Positions 21,192 through 43,106 are shown, counted from the first letter of the stretch. The stretch: 64,000 nucleotides of DNA from Guillardia theta CCMP2712 (GCF_000315625.1 NW_005434586.1:238604-302603), one strand, 5' to 3'. A program made the numbers and translations. Notes: generated from the letters alone by a model not told the origin.

Positions 21192-23003
21192 TTAGAAAAG
21201 ACCCTTCTTCTTCTTGAGCAACTGTTCGCATCGTCATGGGATAACAATGTGTCATCAGTCTTACGTCGCGCTTCCATTGCGGCATACCCTGGAAATCAGC
21301 CTTCGAGCAGCCAAACACCTGACAAAGAGTTTTGAGTTTGATCTCCAACAAGTTCCGACCAAACCTGCTGGAATTGTTCATCCGACAGGTACATCTCTCT
21401 TTTGGTTGGATCCACTCCATCAGGGAACGGGGGGTGTCCTGTGAGTTGTTCGAGGGAGAATATTCCCTTCGCGCCACTGGACTTGCTCTCTGTAGAGCTG
21501 CCCATCCAAGATCTCACCGCATGAACAGAATCTCCGGTCAAGTACCTGGGTGCTGGTGCTGGCGGTGCTGGGGCAGGAGCTGGGACCGAGGCAGGAGCTG
21601 GGGCTGGGACAGGAATCGATACCTGTGTAGGGGCGGCATGCTGCTTACTGGTTACTAGGGCGAAGACAGGCCAGCAGGCATACAGTCGCCTGCTTCTCAG
21701 GTGCGGCTGGAGTTGAATACGCTTGTGGGGGTGGCTGATCAAGGACTCTGTGAGCTGTAAAAATGCACAACAAGGCGCGTCGCACCTGGGAGAAAGGAAT
21801 TTGCAAGGACACTGGGACACCATTCGAAGTCGATCCCGGCATGCTCTGTTGCGGCATGTGACTTGAAGGGGCTGGGGCAGCATTGTTCTGAGCATATCAC
21901 AGTCAGAAAAAATTTCTTCCTCTGCCCCATGTTCGGCACACCCCAGCATTCAATGAAAGTTTCTCCAACTGATTGCTGAGCTTCTCGATCGCAGGCTGTC
22001 TGCCAGGCAGAAACGCATCAGCCGATGTCGCGCACGCCATGGCAACTGTGGCATGTGCCTAACCTGTTCTTCGTCCTCTGGTCGATCATCTTCTTTGCAC
22101 GCGACACATCCTCTTGCGCCTTTTGATGAGTGAGCTAACAATGCTATCGATGGTATCTTGTCGTTTCATGATATCAGGTTCGATACCTCCTGAATGCGCC
22201 CCATCTCCTTCAAGGCAAGGGCTCGGTTGAAGAGCAAGTCTACCTGATGTGATGACTAGATCAGTACAAGCCCCGACAACGGTTTTATCCTCGCCTACCC
22301 GATTCATTTCGAATTGCAGACCGTCACCACTGTAGTCCAACGATAAGGATCTGTTGCCAGTTGATTAGAGGAGGACGCATGCTCCTCTGCATGAGCTACC
22401 CGTTGGAGATCAGCGAGATCGCTCGATCGTAATCTGCAATAGCCTCGTTGAAGAGGCGCTCATGGTGCTTACATGCCCCTCTGACGTACAAGTGGTTGAG
22501 GGCAACTGCTGGTTCGAAAGAGATCTGACCTGGTGAGGTAGGCAACAGCTAGGTTAGGATCCAGGCGGATGACTTCATCAAAGTGCCGTATGGCCGCCTG
22601 GTTGTCACCGAGCTGATTTCATAGTCAAGGTGTGCATCCCGCCCTACAGCCCTCGGTACCTTTGCAGTGGATACCCCCAGGTTGAATAAGATTCCCTTGG
22701 ATGGCACCGCGGCCTTGAACTCTTGAATAGCTTCAATGATGTCAGTAGGCTGAACCATCTCGCACAGGCAAAACCTTTCTTCACGTCTCCAGCATTGTAG
22801 GCGCCGACACCCTCTCGCCAATGCTGCAAGGAAGTGTCGGACATACTGCATGGAGAAAGCGTGTTAAGATCCAAGTGATAACGTCTGCAGCTATCCGAAA
22901 TTCGGGAAGAGTTCTCATAGATTGCTATCATCAAACCATCGTCCCCTTCAACCCTAAAAGTTCCTGACGCTCTCATCGCCTCAACAAGATCTCTCAGTAC
23001 CAT
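21192..23003 (-). CDS. Multi-exon protein with C-terminal villin headpiece domain
   Basis: FSLEQLTGHPPFPDGVDPTKREMYLSDEQFQQ/VFGCSKADFQGMPQWKRD/LLKKKKGLF* after splicing. N-terminal part unrecognised. Confidence 0.7.
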
Positions 23004-24009
23004 TCGAATTGCTTAGCAGTTACGGAAGAAAAAGACCTTTCACTCAGAACAATCTAGAGCGCATCTCTCTTATGTTTAAGACGATCTTGCGAGCTCTCCT
23101 TGTCTTGTGCATTCCCTCTCCTCCCACCAACATTGCTGGTGCATGAGACTCCTCGGTCCTGCCTGCCATCTCCACTAATTCATTTGTCGGCTGCGGTCTG
23201 CCGTCAAGGCCTCCCAGGGGTGGGTAGGGGCACCCCCAGTCTTCGAAGGATCTGCGAATTTACCGAGAACGGTGGTAGAGATCTTCAATTCATCGTACCG
23301 GTGGTCGTACCACCTCCTTCCGATTGTACCCCCTCACCATGAAAATCCACCCACCCCCCTCTCCAGCAAAAGGTAGCATTTGAACTGACCGCGGGTTTAA
23401 AACATATTATTAACTTTTCTGTAGATTTAATTAAAACATATTATAATTTGTACTAGATTTCTAACTTGCTCCAATGGAATTACAAATGGAATTACATGTA
23501 CCATGTATAGTGAAAGAATTAATAGTATTTAAATTTCAGTTCAAATTATAGAATATGTAATAAACAAGAGAGGAGTTGGTACAGCACTTCAATAGATTGG
23601 GGTGGGTGTGTTTGTACCGAGCAAAGCATTATAAAGGGGGGTCCTATTCTCGGCCGGGCTTACCGGACTTCCCGGCTCTGATTTCGCAGTTGAAGACTGA
23701 AAGTAAACTCTGAGGCGGACTGCTTCCTTGCTCCTGCCAACGTGCCAGGTCCTTCCCCCATCCGCTCCCCTCCGCTCCCTCCCTTCTCCCTCCTGCCCTC
23801 CTCTCGTGCCTTCCTGCCAACCTGCGTCTCCCCTCCCTCTGCTGTAAGACCAGACCTCTTCTGATCTCTATCTCTTCTATTCCTGACTCAACTTGCACCC
23901 TCCCCCCGCCCACTCCCTCTCTGCTCTGCGCGTCCAGTCTGTCGCTCAAACCGCGTCAGGGCCTATCACTCGATCTTTGCCAACGCCGCCGATACACAGC
24001 TAGAGTAGG

Positions 24010-25172
24010 ATGGAGAAGAGTGCCACAGGTCAGGACACGGCTCCTCCTTGCCGTTTCTTCATCCAAGGACGATGCAACGCCGGTAGAGCATGCCGGTTCT
24101 CGCATGACCCCAGGTACCTGCAGCAGAAGGACGTGCTGGGCAAGGCACCATGCAAGTTCTTTCAGACCGGGGGATGTGTGGCAGGAGACGCGTGCCCTTA
24201 TGCTCACTTCATCGTCAAGAAGAAGAAGCCGGCCGCCTCCAAACCAGCTCCTGTTGCCTTCATTCCGAAGCCCACGGAGGGGTATGCGGTGCATGCTAAG
24301 GCCTCCCTGAGATCGGACGAGCTGGAAGGATGTTCAGCATATAAAAACACATTGGGAGATGCAGAAGACGATCTGACTTATGAAACTGAAAGCTTTCTGA
24401 TAGGAATAACAGACGACGATGAAACAAACACGCTGGAGGCTGGATCTTCTTTACCAGATGGTTTCAGCTATGCAGCGTTTGCACGACGAGGCCTAAACGA
24501 TGCCGAGATCGATGCTTCTTCGATCGTTGCGGGCAGCCAGGACTTGCTGACCGATGAAGATCTTGCAAAGAGGAGGTTGCTACGAGAACAAATCATGGCC
24601 TCTACCAGCAAGGAGTGCGGGATCTGCATGGAGACGGTTGTGGGCAAGCAGAGCCAGTTTGGACTGCTTGAGGGGTGTGATCATATCTTTTGTCTCAGCT
24701 GCATCAGAGAATGGAGGTCGGTCAACATTCTGGAGAAGAACGTGAAGCGATCTTGTCCCCTCTGTCGTTGCGTTTCCTTCTATGTGATTCCGAGCAGCTT
24801 TTTCCCTCGCAACCAGGAAGAGAAGGACTCGGTGGTAGCGAGCTACAGGGAGCGCCTCCAGAAGATTCCTTGCAAGCACTTCAACTTCGGAGCCGGTGAA
24901 TGTCCGTTCGGAACCAGGTAAGGGTCGTCCCCGCTATGTCCATACCACCTCCCCTACCACCAATACTTCCAACGACATCTTGCCTTTTTCTTCCCATTCG
25001 TTCTTGAAACATCCAGCTAGCCGCCACAATCATCTCCATCTCCGTCCTCACTACCAACGCTGTCAGCATCATCACCAACACAATCACAGTTACTTTGAAT
25101 TGATGGCCGTTGTCCTTCTTGTCCTCCTGTGTTTCCCCTCTCCTTTCATCTGATCGTTTCTGTATATTGACA

Positions 25173-25213
<41 letters not shown>

Positions 25214-25652
25214 ACCACCATCATCACCATTATCATCACCAGTATCATCATCGCGATAATTTCTTCTGTGATTGTGGTGATCATCAACACCACCACTCCT
25301 ACCTCCTCGTTTTCATCCATCTTCAGCAACTCTCTACACTTCACAACATTGACCTCTTCCCAGAAAACAACCCTTTTTCTCTTTCTCTCTTTCTTCCCTC
25401 CTGTCACATGTCCGTCAATCCTCTTGTTACTAGCCTTTCATGCTTTGCCGCTGCCTATCGCTGAGCTCGCACTGCAGTTGCTTCTACGAGCACAGATACC
25501 GAGACGGGACGCTGCAGCAGGCTGGAATGCCGAGACTCCGAGTTACAGAAGACGGTGTGTACTTGGTTAGTGAATTTCTCCTCTCATCGAAATTGGCAGG
25601 AGAGCTTGCTGCCATCGGGAAGCTAAAGCTCAGCGACGTTCTTGGATTATAA
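24010..25652 (+). CDS. MKRN: Makorin-family CCCH/RING E3 ubiquitin ligase
   Basis: Two C-x7-C-x5-C-x3-H fingers and RING CGICME...FGLLEGCDHIFCLSCIREWR...CPLCR. The final CCCH CKHFNFGAGECPFGT/SCFYEH is split by an intron. Confidence 0.9.
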
Positions 25653-25763
25653 ACAGATTTACTTGTTGGATCTTTGTCATTTACGCGAGGTCGTCAGGTC
25701 ATGTCGGTATGAAGGGCTCGCTTGTTGTGATGGCATCAATCCTGCTTCATTCTCATGCCCAGC

Positions 25764-25876
<113 letters not shown>

Positions 25877-26032
25877 ATCTATGTACTCAAGCAAGGATGC
25901 GACTGTTCTCCGATGTACAGGCCAACCTTGCGAGCTGACGCTCTAGCAACGGACTCGTCCTTTCTCCTCAAGCCCCTTGCGCTTGATGTTGAGCTTCGTT
26001 CCTACTACATTGAGGTTTCCCACCGCACCAAG

Positions 26033-26892
26033 CTACATGCTGCTCTTGGGGATGCGGGCAGTGCGCCCAGATCCTCTTGGTGGCTCCTCGTGGTGCCAAG
26101 TCGGAAAGCTAGCAGGCTTGATCTCAGAGCACGCAGGAGCATCGAGCTGGCTGCTGTCATGAGTTGCCTGCTGCCCTCCCTCCCTTGCTTGTTGGAGCTG
26201 ATCCTTCCATGGCTGAGGGTATCGGGAGGCATGTGTGCTGGAGGTGGGGGGGTGGGGGGGTGCTGGGGCTCCTCCTTGTAGCTGCTGGCTCGGCTCTTCA
26301 TCCTCCAGCGAATATCCGTCGCTCTCTCTGCTTGCAGCCGCTCCCTCTTCTTCTGCCTCCCATGATGGGCTGACAGGTCCAAGGAAAAGCAGCAGAGGGT
26401 CCACAACTTGTTGCTCGTCTGGCACGGCCGCGTGCTGCGCTAGCTCTCTAGCTTGGGCTAGGCCAATGGTGCTCGAAGTGTGTTGGGGGTCATTTGCTCT
26501 CGAGCTCGCTTCTGCCTCTCCTCCCATGCCCTCCAGCTTCGCGTTTGCGGTGTTGCCGCTCCAAGGGCTACATGACCACAGGCCCTCGAGTGCCTGCACC
26601 TCCCTGGTCTCCTCGAGGAGGTTGAGACGGGCTTGCCTGCAGGGCCATCGCACACCTAGTCTCTTGCAGGCGTTCTTCATGGCCGTTAGCGATATGTCCT
26701 GACACAGCGCTTCTTGTCAGACCAGGAGTGCTCGTGCGAGTGAGAGGAGTTTACCAGGTGGTTGGCGGCGTCTTGGAGGGAGAGGTGGAACAAGCGGTGG
26801 AGGTCGAGGGTTGAGAGGAAGAAGGGGCCATTCTTGTGGTCACAATTCTGACCCCTCCTCCTCGGGAACACTTGGATCCTTGTGTAGGACAT
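26033..26892 (-). CDS. RWP-RK domain transcription factor, at least two exons
   Basis: VFPRRR...LSTLDLHRLFHLSLQDAANHL / DISLTAMKNACKRLGVRWP. Confidence 0.85.
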
Positions 26893-27180
26893 GGCGGCGG
26901 CGATGAACCGGCTTGCGACGGGGCGTTGTACATGTGAAGGAAAAAACTCACCCCGGACACCGCTTTCGTTAATAAGTTGACCTTCCCACCGGACCGATTT
27001 GTATCTTCATAATAGTACCAGTGACCAGTATTAATTATTAATATGGTACCAGTGGTCAGTATTAATTATTAATATTAGTACCAGTGTTCATATATGGTAC
27101 AGATTGTTTAGTAAATGAACACACTAGAGTTCAACAGATACAAGTTGAGCCTTTTGAAGGGTGTCAGAAGAGGTACTGAT

Positions 27181-27210
27181 GTACTGATTTTTAACTTATC
27201 TTTGAGTAAA
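27181..27210 (-). promoter_or_regulatory. Conserved 30-bp motif, copy B, upstream of the RWP-RK gene
   Basis: GTACTGATTTTTAACTTATCTTTGAGTAAA on the + strand. Confidence 0.5.
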
Positions 27211-27518
27211 AAGTTACTGGTACAATATCCGACTCGATATAGTGCCTTGATATGGGCGCAGGTACTGCCAGTCAGTGTACTAGTGACCTCAGCTATAGAA
27301 CCTCACCATTTTGATAGCTCTAGCACTAGCAAAGACTGGCATAGATCACACCTGAAGCATTTCACAGCGAACAAAGTTCACAAACTCCGTGATTCAGTTC
27401 CAAGTTCCCCTACAACCGTTTACCCACTACAAAACGGCGTCACTGCACGGGCGGCCCCGGTGCCACACTGACACTGTCAGGCACTCGAGACTCCCGACCG
27501 TCGGACTCGGCCCGGGCT

Positions 27519-35921
<8,403 letters not shown>

Positions 35922-36479
35922 GAAGCTCGAAGGTAACGGCAGCTGTCAACGCGGTTCGATGGCTTTAACTCCCATTGGGATAGTCCTGGTCAAGAATAGA
36001 TGAGACATGTCGTTGCAAAGGAAACATCGAACAACTTTCATTGTATGAGATTGTTGGATCCTATTCTTTCCCTTCCTTATTCTCCTTTCTGCTTACCACC
36101 AGAGCCCTGGAATATTCTTGTTGCAGCGTCCCCATCCGTCTATCTGTTTCATTCTTACCATACAGATGATAGTATACTTCCCTGGTTCGTCTCATATGTT
36201 TTCACTCCTCTCCTCCTCCTCCTCTTTACCCTCCTCGTCCTCCTCCACACTCTCTCCTCCTCACACTCTCCTTCAGCTTTTGGCTCCTTCAGCACTTTCG
36301 GCTCCTTCAGCTCTTTCGGTTCCTTCAGCTCTGGCGCTCATGGCTCGGCTGTCAACTTCGGTGATAGCTTTGACTGACGACCGTACGCGCCAAGACCGTA
36401 TATGACCCCACCCCCTCACTTCAGCACCAACAATACTCAGAGTAAGGGGTACCAAAGTTGACACCACCCCACTCACGGT

Positions 36480-37060
36480 GGGCCGCTCCGACTCCGTGCC
36501 AGTGCTGCCAGTGAGTATGATCGGACCGGCGAACTTCGGAACCCGGCCGGGGGGGCCGATAGGCGGCCGTGACTGAGGGCCGGGCCAGGCCGCAATGGGT
36601 CACCAGTAAGGTCACCAGTGGTGCCAGTGCCGGTTCCCGGACTCCCGGAGTTCGACCGGCCGAACTTTCGAACTTGTGACGCCGCGGGGGGCCGCTCGCC
36701 GGAGCCGAGGCTCCCGGACTCCGGGGCCCGGCGGGGGCGGGCCACAGTGACGGTACCGGGGCCCGCCGGGCCCCGGAGTCGCGGCGGGCCGTAACCGAGG
36801 CAGCTCCCGATGATGGGCCGTGTCGCAGTGAGGGGCAGACCCGCCCCGCCGCCGGGGCCCCGGACCCGGGGGGTCGGGCAAACTTTTTGACGGTCCGACT
36901 CGATATGCCCGGTGCCGCAGCTGCCCGCGCCCGCCGATTTAGTTCCGAGGTGCACTGCGCGGCGGCACAGGCTCAGGCTGCCACGGTACTGAACCAGGCC
37001 GCTGCCGGGATCCGATGATCAGCGAAGTTTTCGGCGGAAGATCCCCGCCTACTAAGCTAC
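36480..37060. promoter_or_regulatory. GC/CpG island upstream of the minus-strand gene starting at 35921
   Basis: Same word usage as other islands, including GAACTTTCGAAC at 36662. Confidence 0.45.
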
Positions 37061-37582
37061 GGAGCATTGAAATGATTTCAGTGCCGCGCAGCCTGTATGC
37101 AACTTGATCGGACCAAGCCGAACAGCTTCAGGGTGTCACTGCATGTATGAGGCGTACTAAGGCAGGCTCAATGATAGCAGCAACGCCGTGCCCTATCAGA
37201 CCATCTGTGCTAATCTTTCCTGCATGCAGATGACAGCAGAAAGAGAGTGAAGACCTTTGGTTGTCTGGCCCTGTCTATGGAATATAAGAATATTTGATCG
37301 TGCGGTGCAAAATCGTCAACATATACCATAGGGTGACATATTTAGCTCAGTGAGGGCAGCATTCGCGACATATTCTGATCAATAGATACACAGCGAAGTA
37401 GATGTTTGAAATGAATCATGTCATGTCATTCGAAGAACATCTCGACCTGAAAATGATTTCTTGCTCCCAAGTCTAGTGTATTAGAATTTGTCAAGGTCAG
37501 GCTGTATTGGGAAGTTCATTGATATCTCTACTTTACATTCTATATTACAGCAGCTCGCCTGGAGATGGCAAGATCGCTCGAT

Positions 37583-37933
37583 CTATTGCTCTACGTTGCG
37601 TCGTCGAGGAATGCTCGGCAGTTCAGCTAGCTGACCTTCAGGTTTCCTTTCGATTCTCTTCTGCACTAGCGCGATGGAGTTAGCCAGGCACATGAGCCTC
37701 CGTCGCTTGTCCAGGGAGAAGCTCCTCCAGGTCTGAGCGCTCACATTGAGGTGAGCAGGAGGGGAGGCAGGAGGGGAGGCAGGAGGGGAGGCAGAAGGGG
37801 AGGCAGGAGGGGAGGCAGAAGGGGAGGCAGGAGGGGAGGCGGGTTGAGAGAGTATGCTTGAAGACACGTCCAATTGGATCGACTGATGGCGGGGAGACAC
37901 GATGAGATTTGCGAAGCATGGCTGAGGGGACAT
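37583..37933 (-). CDS. Small uncharacterised protein, family copy 3 (diverged)
   Basis: MSP start, ASPP repeat linker, then TWRSFSLDKRRRLMCLANSIALVQKRIERKPEGQLAELPSIPRR. Confidence 0.55.
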   Translation of the reverse strand: MSPQPCFANLIVSPRHQSIQLDVSSSILSQPASPPASPSASPPASPSASPPASPPASPPAHLNVSAQTWRSFSLDKRRRLMCLANSIALVQKRIERKPEGQLAELPSIPRRRNVEQ

Positions 37934-38229
37934 GGCCCAAGGGGAGACGCTGGACGACGAAGGATCAAAGGGTCGATACGAGCTTTGTATTGAGGGGAAG
38001 GGGGCGGTGACATGCGAAGTAAAAATCTCTGTGGTAAAGATTGCTCACATGACCCAGTCACGAGACAGAGATCCACGAAAAGATGCTCTTTTTGGACGCG
38101 AACGCATGACACGCGATGATTGCTGCAAGGGGCTTACAGGCCCCTCGGGCTGAAGCGCCGAGGCACCGACCCTTTCGGAGTTCGATTCTGTACTGATAAG
38201 GCCCAAGAAACGGTTCACGGTTGGTAGTA

Positions 38230-38790
38230 AACTTGGTGCCCTTGTAAACCGTCCGTGACTCCGTGACTCAGTGAGCGACGCCGTTCAACCTGCGTTCAAC
38301 GGTTCGATACGAGGGGGCGGCGGGGGCGTCGCGCGGCGGCCGGCGGCCGCGGGGCCCGGGCCGGGCCACTGGGACGGTCCGGCGCGGGCCTCCGAGAGGC
38401 TCCGGACTCCGGGATCCGAGGCTACTGAGTACCGTAGTACGGCTCAGCCGGCCGGGCGCCGGGCAGGCTCACAGAGTCAGTCCCGGGCACGCCGTACGGT
38501 CCGACCGCTGGCAGAGTCCAAGCCGCTGAGCGGCCCGGGCCCGGGCCGGGGCCCGGGCGCCCCGGCGTTCCCGAGCCAGTCACGGCGGCGCCGGGCGCCG
38601 CCACGCCCCGGCCGCCGCAGCCCCGGCGGCCCGCGCTCAGCGGCTGCCACAGCGCCAGGCGCGGCGCAGGCCACCCCCGGGCTCAGACGGAGGCGGCGGC
38701 GGCTCAGCAGCTCTCAGTGAGAGTCCTAAGTTGGGCCGCCGGGGGCCGGGCCCGGACTCGCCGCCGGGCCGGGCCCGGGGAACTACTGGG
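38230..38790. promoter_or_regulatory. GC/CpG island between divergent copy 3 and the MFS gene
   Basis: GC-rich, GGCCCGGGCCCGGGCC palindrome, GTTCAACGGTT motif. Confidence 0.45.
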
Positions 38791-38860
38791 AGTTGACTCT
38801 TCGCGTACTAGACGCCTGTTTCGCTTCATGGCAGAGACTCAGGTAAGAGAGAGAGAGAGA

Positions 38861-39190
38861 GGAGGAGAGGGGAGGAGAATGATAGACGGCAGGTGAGAGG
38901 GAGGAGGAGAGGGGAGGAGAAGGATGGACGGCAGGTGAGAGGGAGGAGGAGAGGGGAGTAGAATGATAGACGGCAGGTGAGAGAGAGGAGGAGAGGGGAG
39001 TAGAAGGATGGACGGCAGGCGAGAGAGAGGAGGAGAGGGGAGTAGAAGGATGGACGGCAGGCGAGAGAGAGGAGGAGAGGGGAGTAGAAGGATGGACGGC
39101 AGGTGAGAGAGAGGAGGAGAGGGGAGTAGAAGGATGGACGGCAGGTGAGAGAGAGGAGGAGAGGGGAGTAGAAGGATGGACGGCAGGTGA
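38861..39190 (+). repeat. 42-bp purine-rich minisatellite x8, followed by a (GAGAT/GAGATT)n tract to ~39345
   Basis: GACGGCAGG recurs at 38885, 38927, 38969, 39011, 39053, 39095, 39137 and 39179. Confidence 0.9.
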
Positions 39191-39503
39191 AAAGATTTCT
39201 AATGAGAGAGTTGCTTGTTGATAGGACTGTGCGTTTTAGGATGAGATTGAGATGAGATTGAGATGAGATGAGATGAGATTGAGATGAGATGAGATGAGAT
39301 GAGATTGAGATGAGATTGAGATGAGATTGAGATGAGATGAGATGATGAAGATGGCAAATCTTGTGTTACATTTCTCGTTTCGCTGCTCCCCTCTGATGAT
39401 CTCAGACTCTCATGCGGCAAGATCTCTCAACTTTCTTCCCAGGTCGAAGTTTGACGAGCTGACAATCTAGGACGCTTGAGCTCGATCGCAAAGGAAGGAG
39501 AGC

Positions 39504-41819
39504 ATGGCAGTCGAGTTCGCAGAGCAAGACAAGGAGAGGGAGAAGGAGAGGGAAACTCCTTCCTATACTGATTCCGCTGCAACCGAGAAAGTCTTTCTCA
39601 ACTTGACATCCGCTGGAGCCTTTGGCGATGAGAGGCTCATCCCTGCAGTCTTCCAGGAGATCTCGCTCTCCTTCCATGCTTCCCTCACACAACTGGGCAT
39701 GCTGACCCTGGCAGGAGCCCTGTCCTCCTCCCTTGTCTATCCCATCTCCGGCGTGCTCGGAGACAGCTACTACAGGAGCCGCATCATCCTCTGGTCCCTC
39801 GTTGGCGTTGCTATCTCCACAGTTGCCCTGGCGCTGAGCGCCAGCTATGAGCAGATGCTCTTCGTCAAGGCTATCAACGGCGTGTGCATCGGCCTCCTCG
39901 TCCCTTCCTTGCAGTCGCTGGTGGGTGACATGCACGATGCTCTGCACCGGGGGAGAGGGTTCGGGACGCTGGCGTTCACGGGGATCATGGGAGCGGTCTT
40001 GGGGAGCACGCTGGCAACGGTGCTGGCGGCATCCTCCTACTTCGGGTTGGAGGGCTGGCGGTTTGCCATGCTGCTGTGGGCAGGGTTCATCGTCGTGATC
40101 ATCGTGGGACTGGCGTTGTTTGCTGCGACGAAGCTAGAGGCGTACGATGAGAGCAAGAGGGAGCAGATCGAGAGCATGGAGAAGAAGCAGTTCCAAGAGC
40201 AGATGGCGGAGCGCTGCTCCCAGGGGCTGGAGAGGATCTCCTACGTCCTGTCGATCCCCACGCTAAGGATCCTCATTCTTCCCCAGGCCGTCGGCAACGT
40301 CCCTTGGATGGCGATGACGGGCTGGGTAACCTTCTACCTCGAGGCTATGGGGTTCAGCAACGGAGCAACTGCTCTCCTTATACTCATCACTGGCCTTGGG
40401 TTCGCTCTTGGCACGTTGCTCGGAGGGGTCATAGGGGACCTGGCGGAGAGGGCGGACAGGCTAAGAGGACGCATCTTCCTGGCGCAGGTGGCGATAGGGC
40501 TGGGGATCCTCCTCTTTGTGTGGGACCTGGAGGTCTTGCCGAGACTTCTGGAGGGGCAGGACATGATTGTTGCAGGGCTGTGCTATGCCATCAGGTACCT
40601 GACTCGGTGGCTGGTGTTCGTAGCCTGACCGGCTGCTCAGCCTCTTTGTGACGGGAGTGTTGTCGATCGGGGGGACAGGAGCAGCTTGTAACCTGCCCAT
40701 CATTGTCTCTTGTCTCCCCCAGGACTATCACACGTCAGGCATCGCCGTGGAGAGGTGACGATAGATTGCCGTCTCCTTGTTCTTCCTCCTTTCTCTCTCC
40801 TTCCCTCTTGCCCTGCCCTCCCCTGCCCTCCCCTGCCCTCCCCTCTGCTCTCCTGTGCTCTGCTCTGTACTCCTCTCCGTTCCCCTCGCCAATCTCCTGC
40901 GGGGTTTCCTCTATACACCTTATTGTTCATCATATCTTACCTCTCTTTCCTCGCATCTTCTCTATCCTCCTTTCTTCTACACTCCCTCCTCTTCCCTCCT
41001 CTCACGTCCTCTCATCTCCTCCTCTCCAGGTTCTTCGCCACCGTCATGTCGGCCTTCGCTGCTCCGCTGGTGACTGGAGCAGCAGCAGCCGCGTGTCTCC
41101 TGACTCACAAGGCAGGTTGGGATCATCGCCGAGGGCTACTACGACTACAACCTTGAGCCCGATGAGCTGGGCCCGGTGGGAGCAGTAGGAGCAGACGGCA
41201 AGGAAATACAACCGACCTTTCAGCCCTTCGCCTCCGCTCGTGCTACGGTCAGTTGCTTCCTCCCTCTTGACCTCCTCGCTCTTCGCTCCTCCTTGCTCCT
41301 CCTCTCCCTCCTAGCTCCTTTCCTTCTTCCTCTCATCCGCCCTGGCTGCTCTCCTTCCCTCCTTCCTGACTGTTCCCCTGGTGCCCTCCTACTTCCCTGC
41401 TCCATCTCGTCGACTGCCACCAGCCATAGAGCTGACGGCATATGCAGATCGTTGCTGACTCACTAGTCATGGTCACTACCATCTCTTGGCTCCTTTCTGT
41501 AAGACGAGGGGGCTGACTGACTTCACCTGACTTGACTCGTAGATCCTCGTGTGGACCTTGGTCTACTTCTCTTACCCCAAGGACAGGTGAGAAAATTATC
41601 TCGCGCTCTCCCTCCCACGCCTCCCTCTTACTCCTCATCCTGGTCCTGGTCCTTGTCCATTCCGTCACCTGCTCAAATCTCAACCAACACACCTTCATCT
41701 CCTCTGCTCGTCTCCTCCAGCGCTCCAGCTCCCGACTTTCCATTCTCTCAACCGCTCCCAGACTCTCCATCGACTCTGACGAAGAGGCCCGAGTCATTGA
41801 CGGGACCTCGCAAGGGTAA
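39504..41819 (+). CDS. Major facilitator superfamily transporter (spinster-like), multi-exon
   Basis: DERLIPAVFQEI, GVLGDSYYRSRII (motif A-like), LQSLVGDMHDALHRGRGFG, GGVIGDLAERADRLRGRIFLAQ; multiple TM helices. Confidence 0.85.
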
Positions 41820-43006
41820 GGGAGGAGGAGCGCCTGCCCTGCGGCTGCTGATCGTGTTCATCAGCTACGGCACGGGAGCGTCAAGCGTCAGCATGGCCGG
41901 CTCATCCATCCCTCCTTCTTTCGTGTCTACAGGACTAGCGGGGTCCACCGGGACTCTGTCAGATCAGGACGAGGAGGGGAAGGGCGCCTGAAGGATGTAA
42001 ATATATTGTTTCAGTGTCTACAGCAGCACTCCTATGAATGCTTTAAATCGTTCTCTCGCTCCTCCTCCATTCCTTGCTCAACTTGCTTCATCCTCATGCT
42101 CTGCCCTTGGTATGCAGTTGGACCTTCCCTCCCTTGAAGTTTGCCCCAACCTACGTGACAGCAGCGTCAGCACCCGCCGCCTCGCTCCCGATCCTGCTCA
42201 CGTCCTCCATGTTGCGGACGACTCCCTTCCTCTCCTCGATGGACTCGTGCGTGCCCGTGAAGACTCGATGCATGTGATCAGCTCCTGCTCACACTGTCAG
42301 CACATCTCCTATTCCTTCTCCTTGTCCTTTTCCTTCTCCTATTCCTTCTCCTTCTCCTTCATGCTGGACTTCACTACCCTTCCACGTCCTTGCATATGCT
42401 TCCTTTCCCTCCCTTCACAACACACTCTGCTCTGTTTATCTTGTCCTTCACCCTACTCTACCCCTGCCATCCCAACTCTCACCATGCGTTTCCTTCCTCG
42501 CCCGAATGAAAGGCTGCGGATCTTTCTTGGTGGGTCCATACCCGAAACCCTGAGAGCATCTTCAGCAACGACGGTGGGACGGAAGGGAGGGGGGGAGGGG
42601 GGGGGGGGCAAGGAATAGGAGGAGGAGGAGGAGGAGGAGGAGGCGGAGGAGGAACAACAGGAAAATAGGGAATGGAGGACAAAGGAGGAGAAAGGAGGGC
42701 GAGGAGAAAGGATGAGGAGGAGGAGGAGGACGACGACGACGACGAGGAAGAGGAGGAGGACCTTGACCGATGAAGTAGAAGTAAAATTCGTGTGCGCAAG
42801 GGGAAGCGCTTCAAGAGTTGGTAAAACAAGAAGCTTCGGTGACAGTCGACGTGAGGGACAAAGGCACGAAGGACTCGGTGCTGGCGAAGTCAGGACGGCA
42901 TGAAAGGCAGCTTCACAATCATCTTCTGCATGCGATCAAGGATGGCATGACGTTGCAGGAGGCAAAGATAGGGATGGTCATAGCCCAGTTCGAATCCCTG
43001 GATGCC

Positions 43007-43106
43007 NNNNNNNNNNNNNNNNNNNNNNNNNNNNNNNNNNNNNNNNNNNNNNNNNNNNNNNNNNNNNNNNNNNNNNNNNNNNNNNNNNNNNNNNNNNNNN
43101 NNNNNN
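43007..43106. other. Assembly gap (100 N)
   Basis: Run of N. Confidence 1.

Noticed and set aside
38271-38720. Arg/Pro/Gly/Ala-rich ORFs within GC islands (also 6186-6719, 11817-12211, 36473-36955, 46905-47210)
   Set aside because: Stop-codon scarcity in GC-rich DNA; no recognisable domains or conserved frame.
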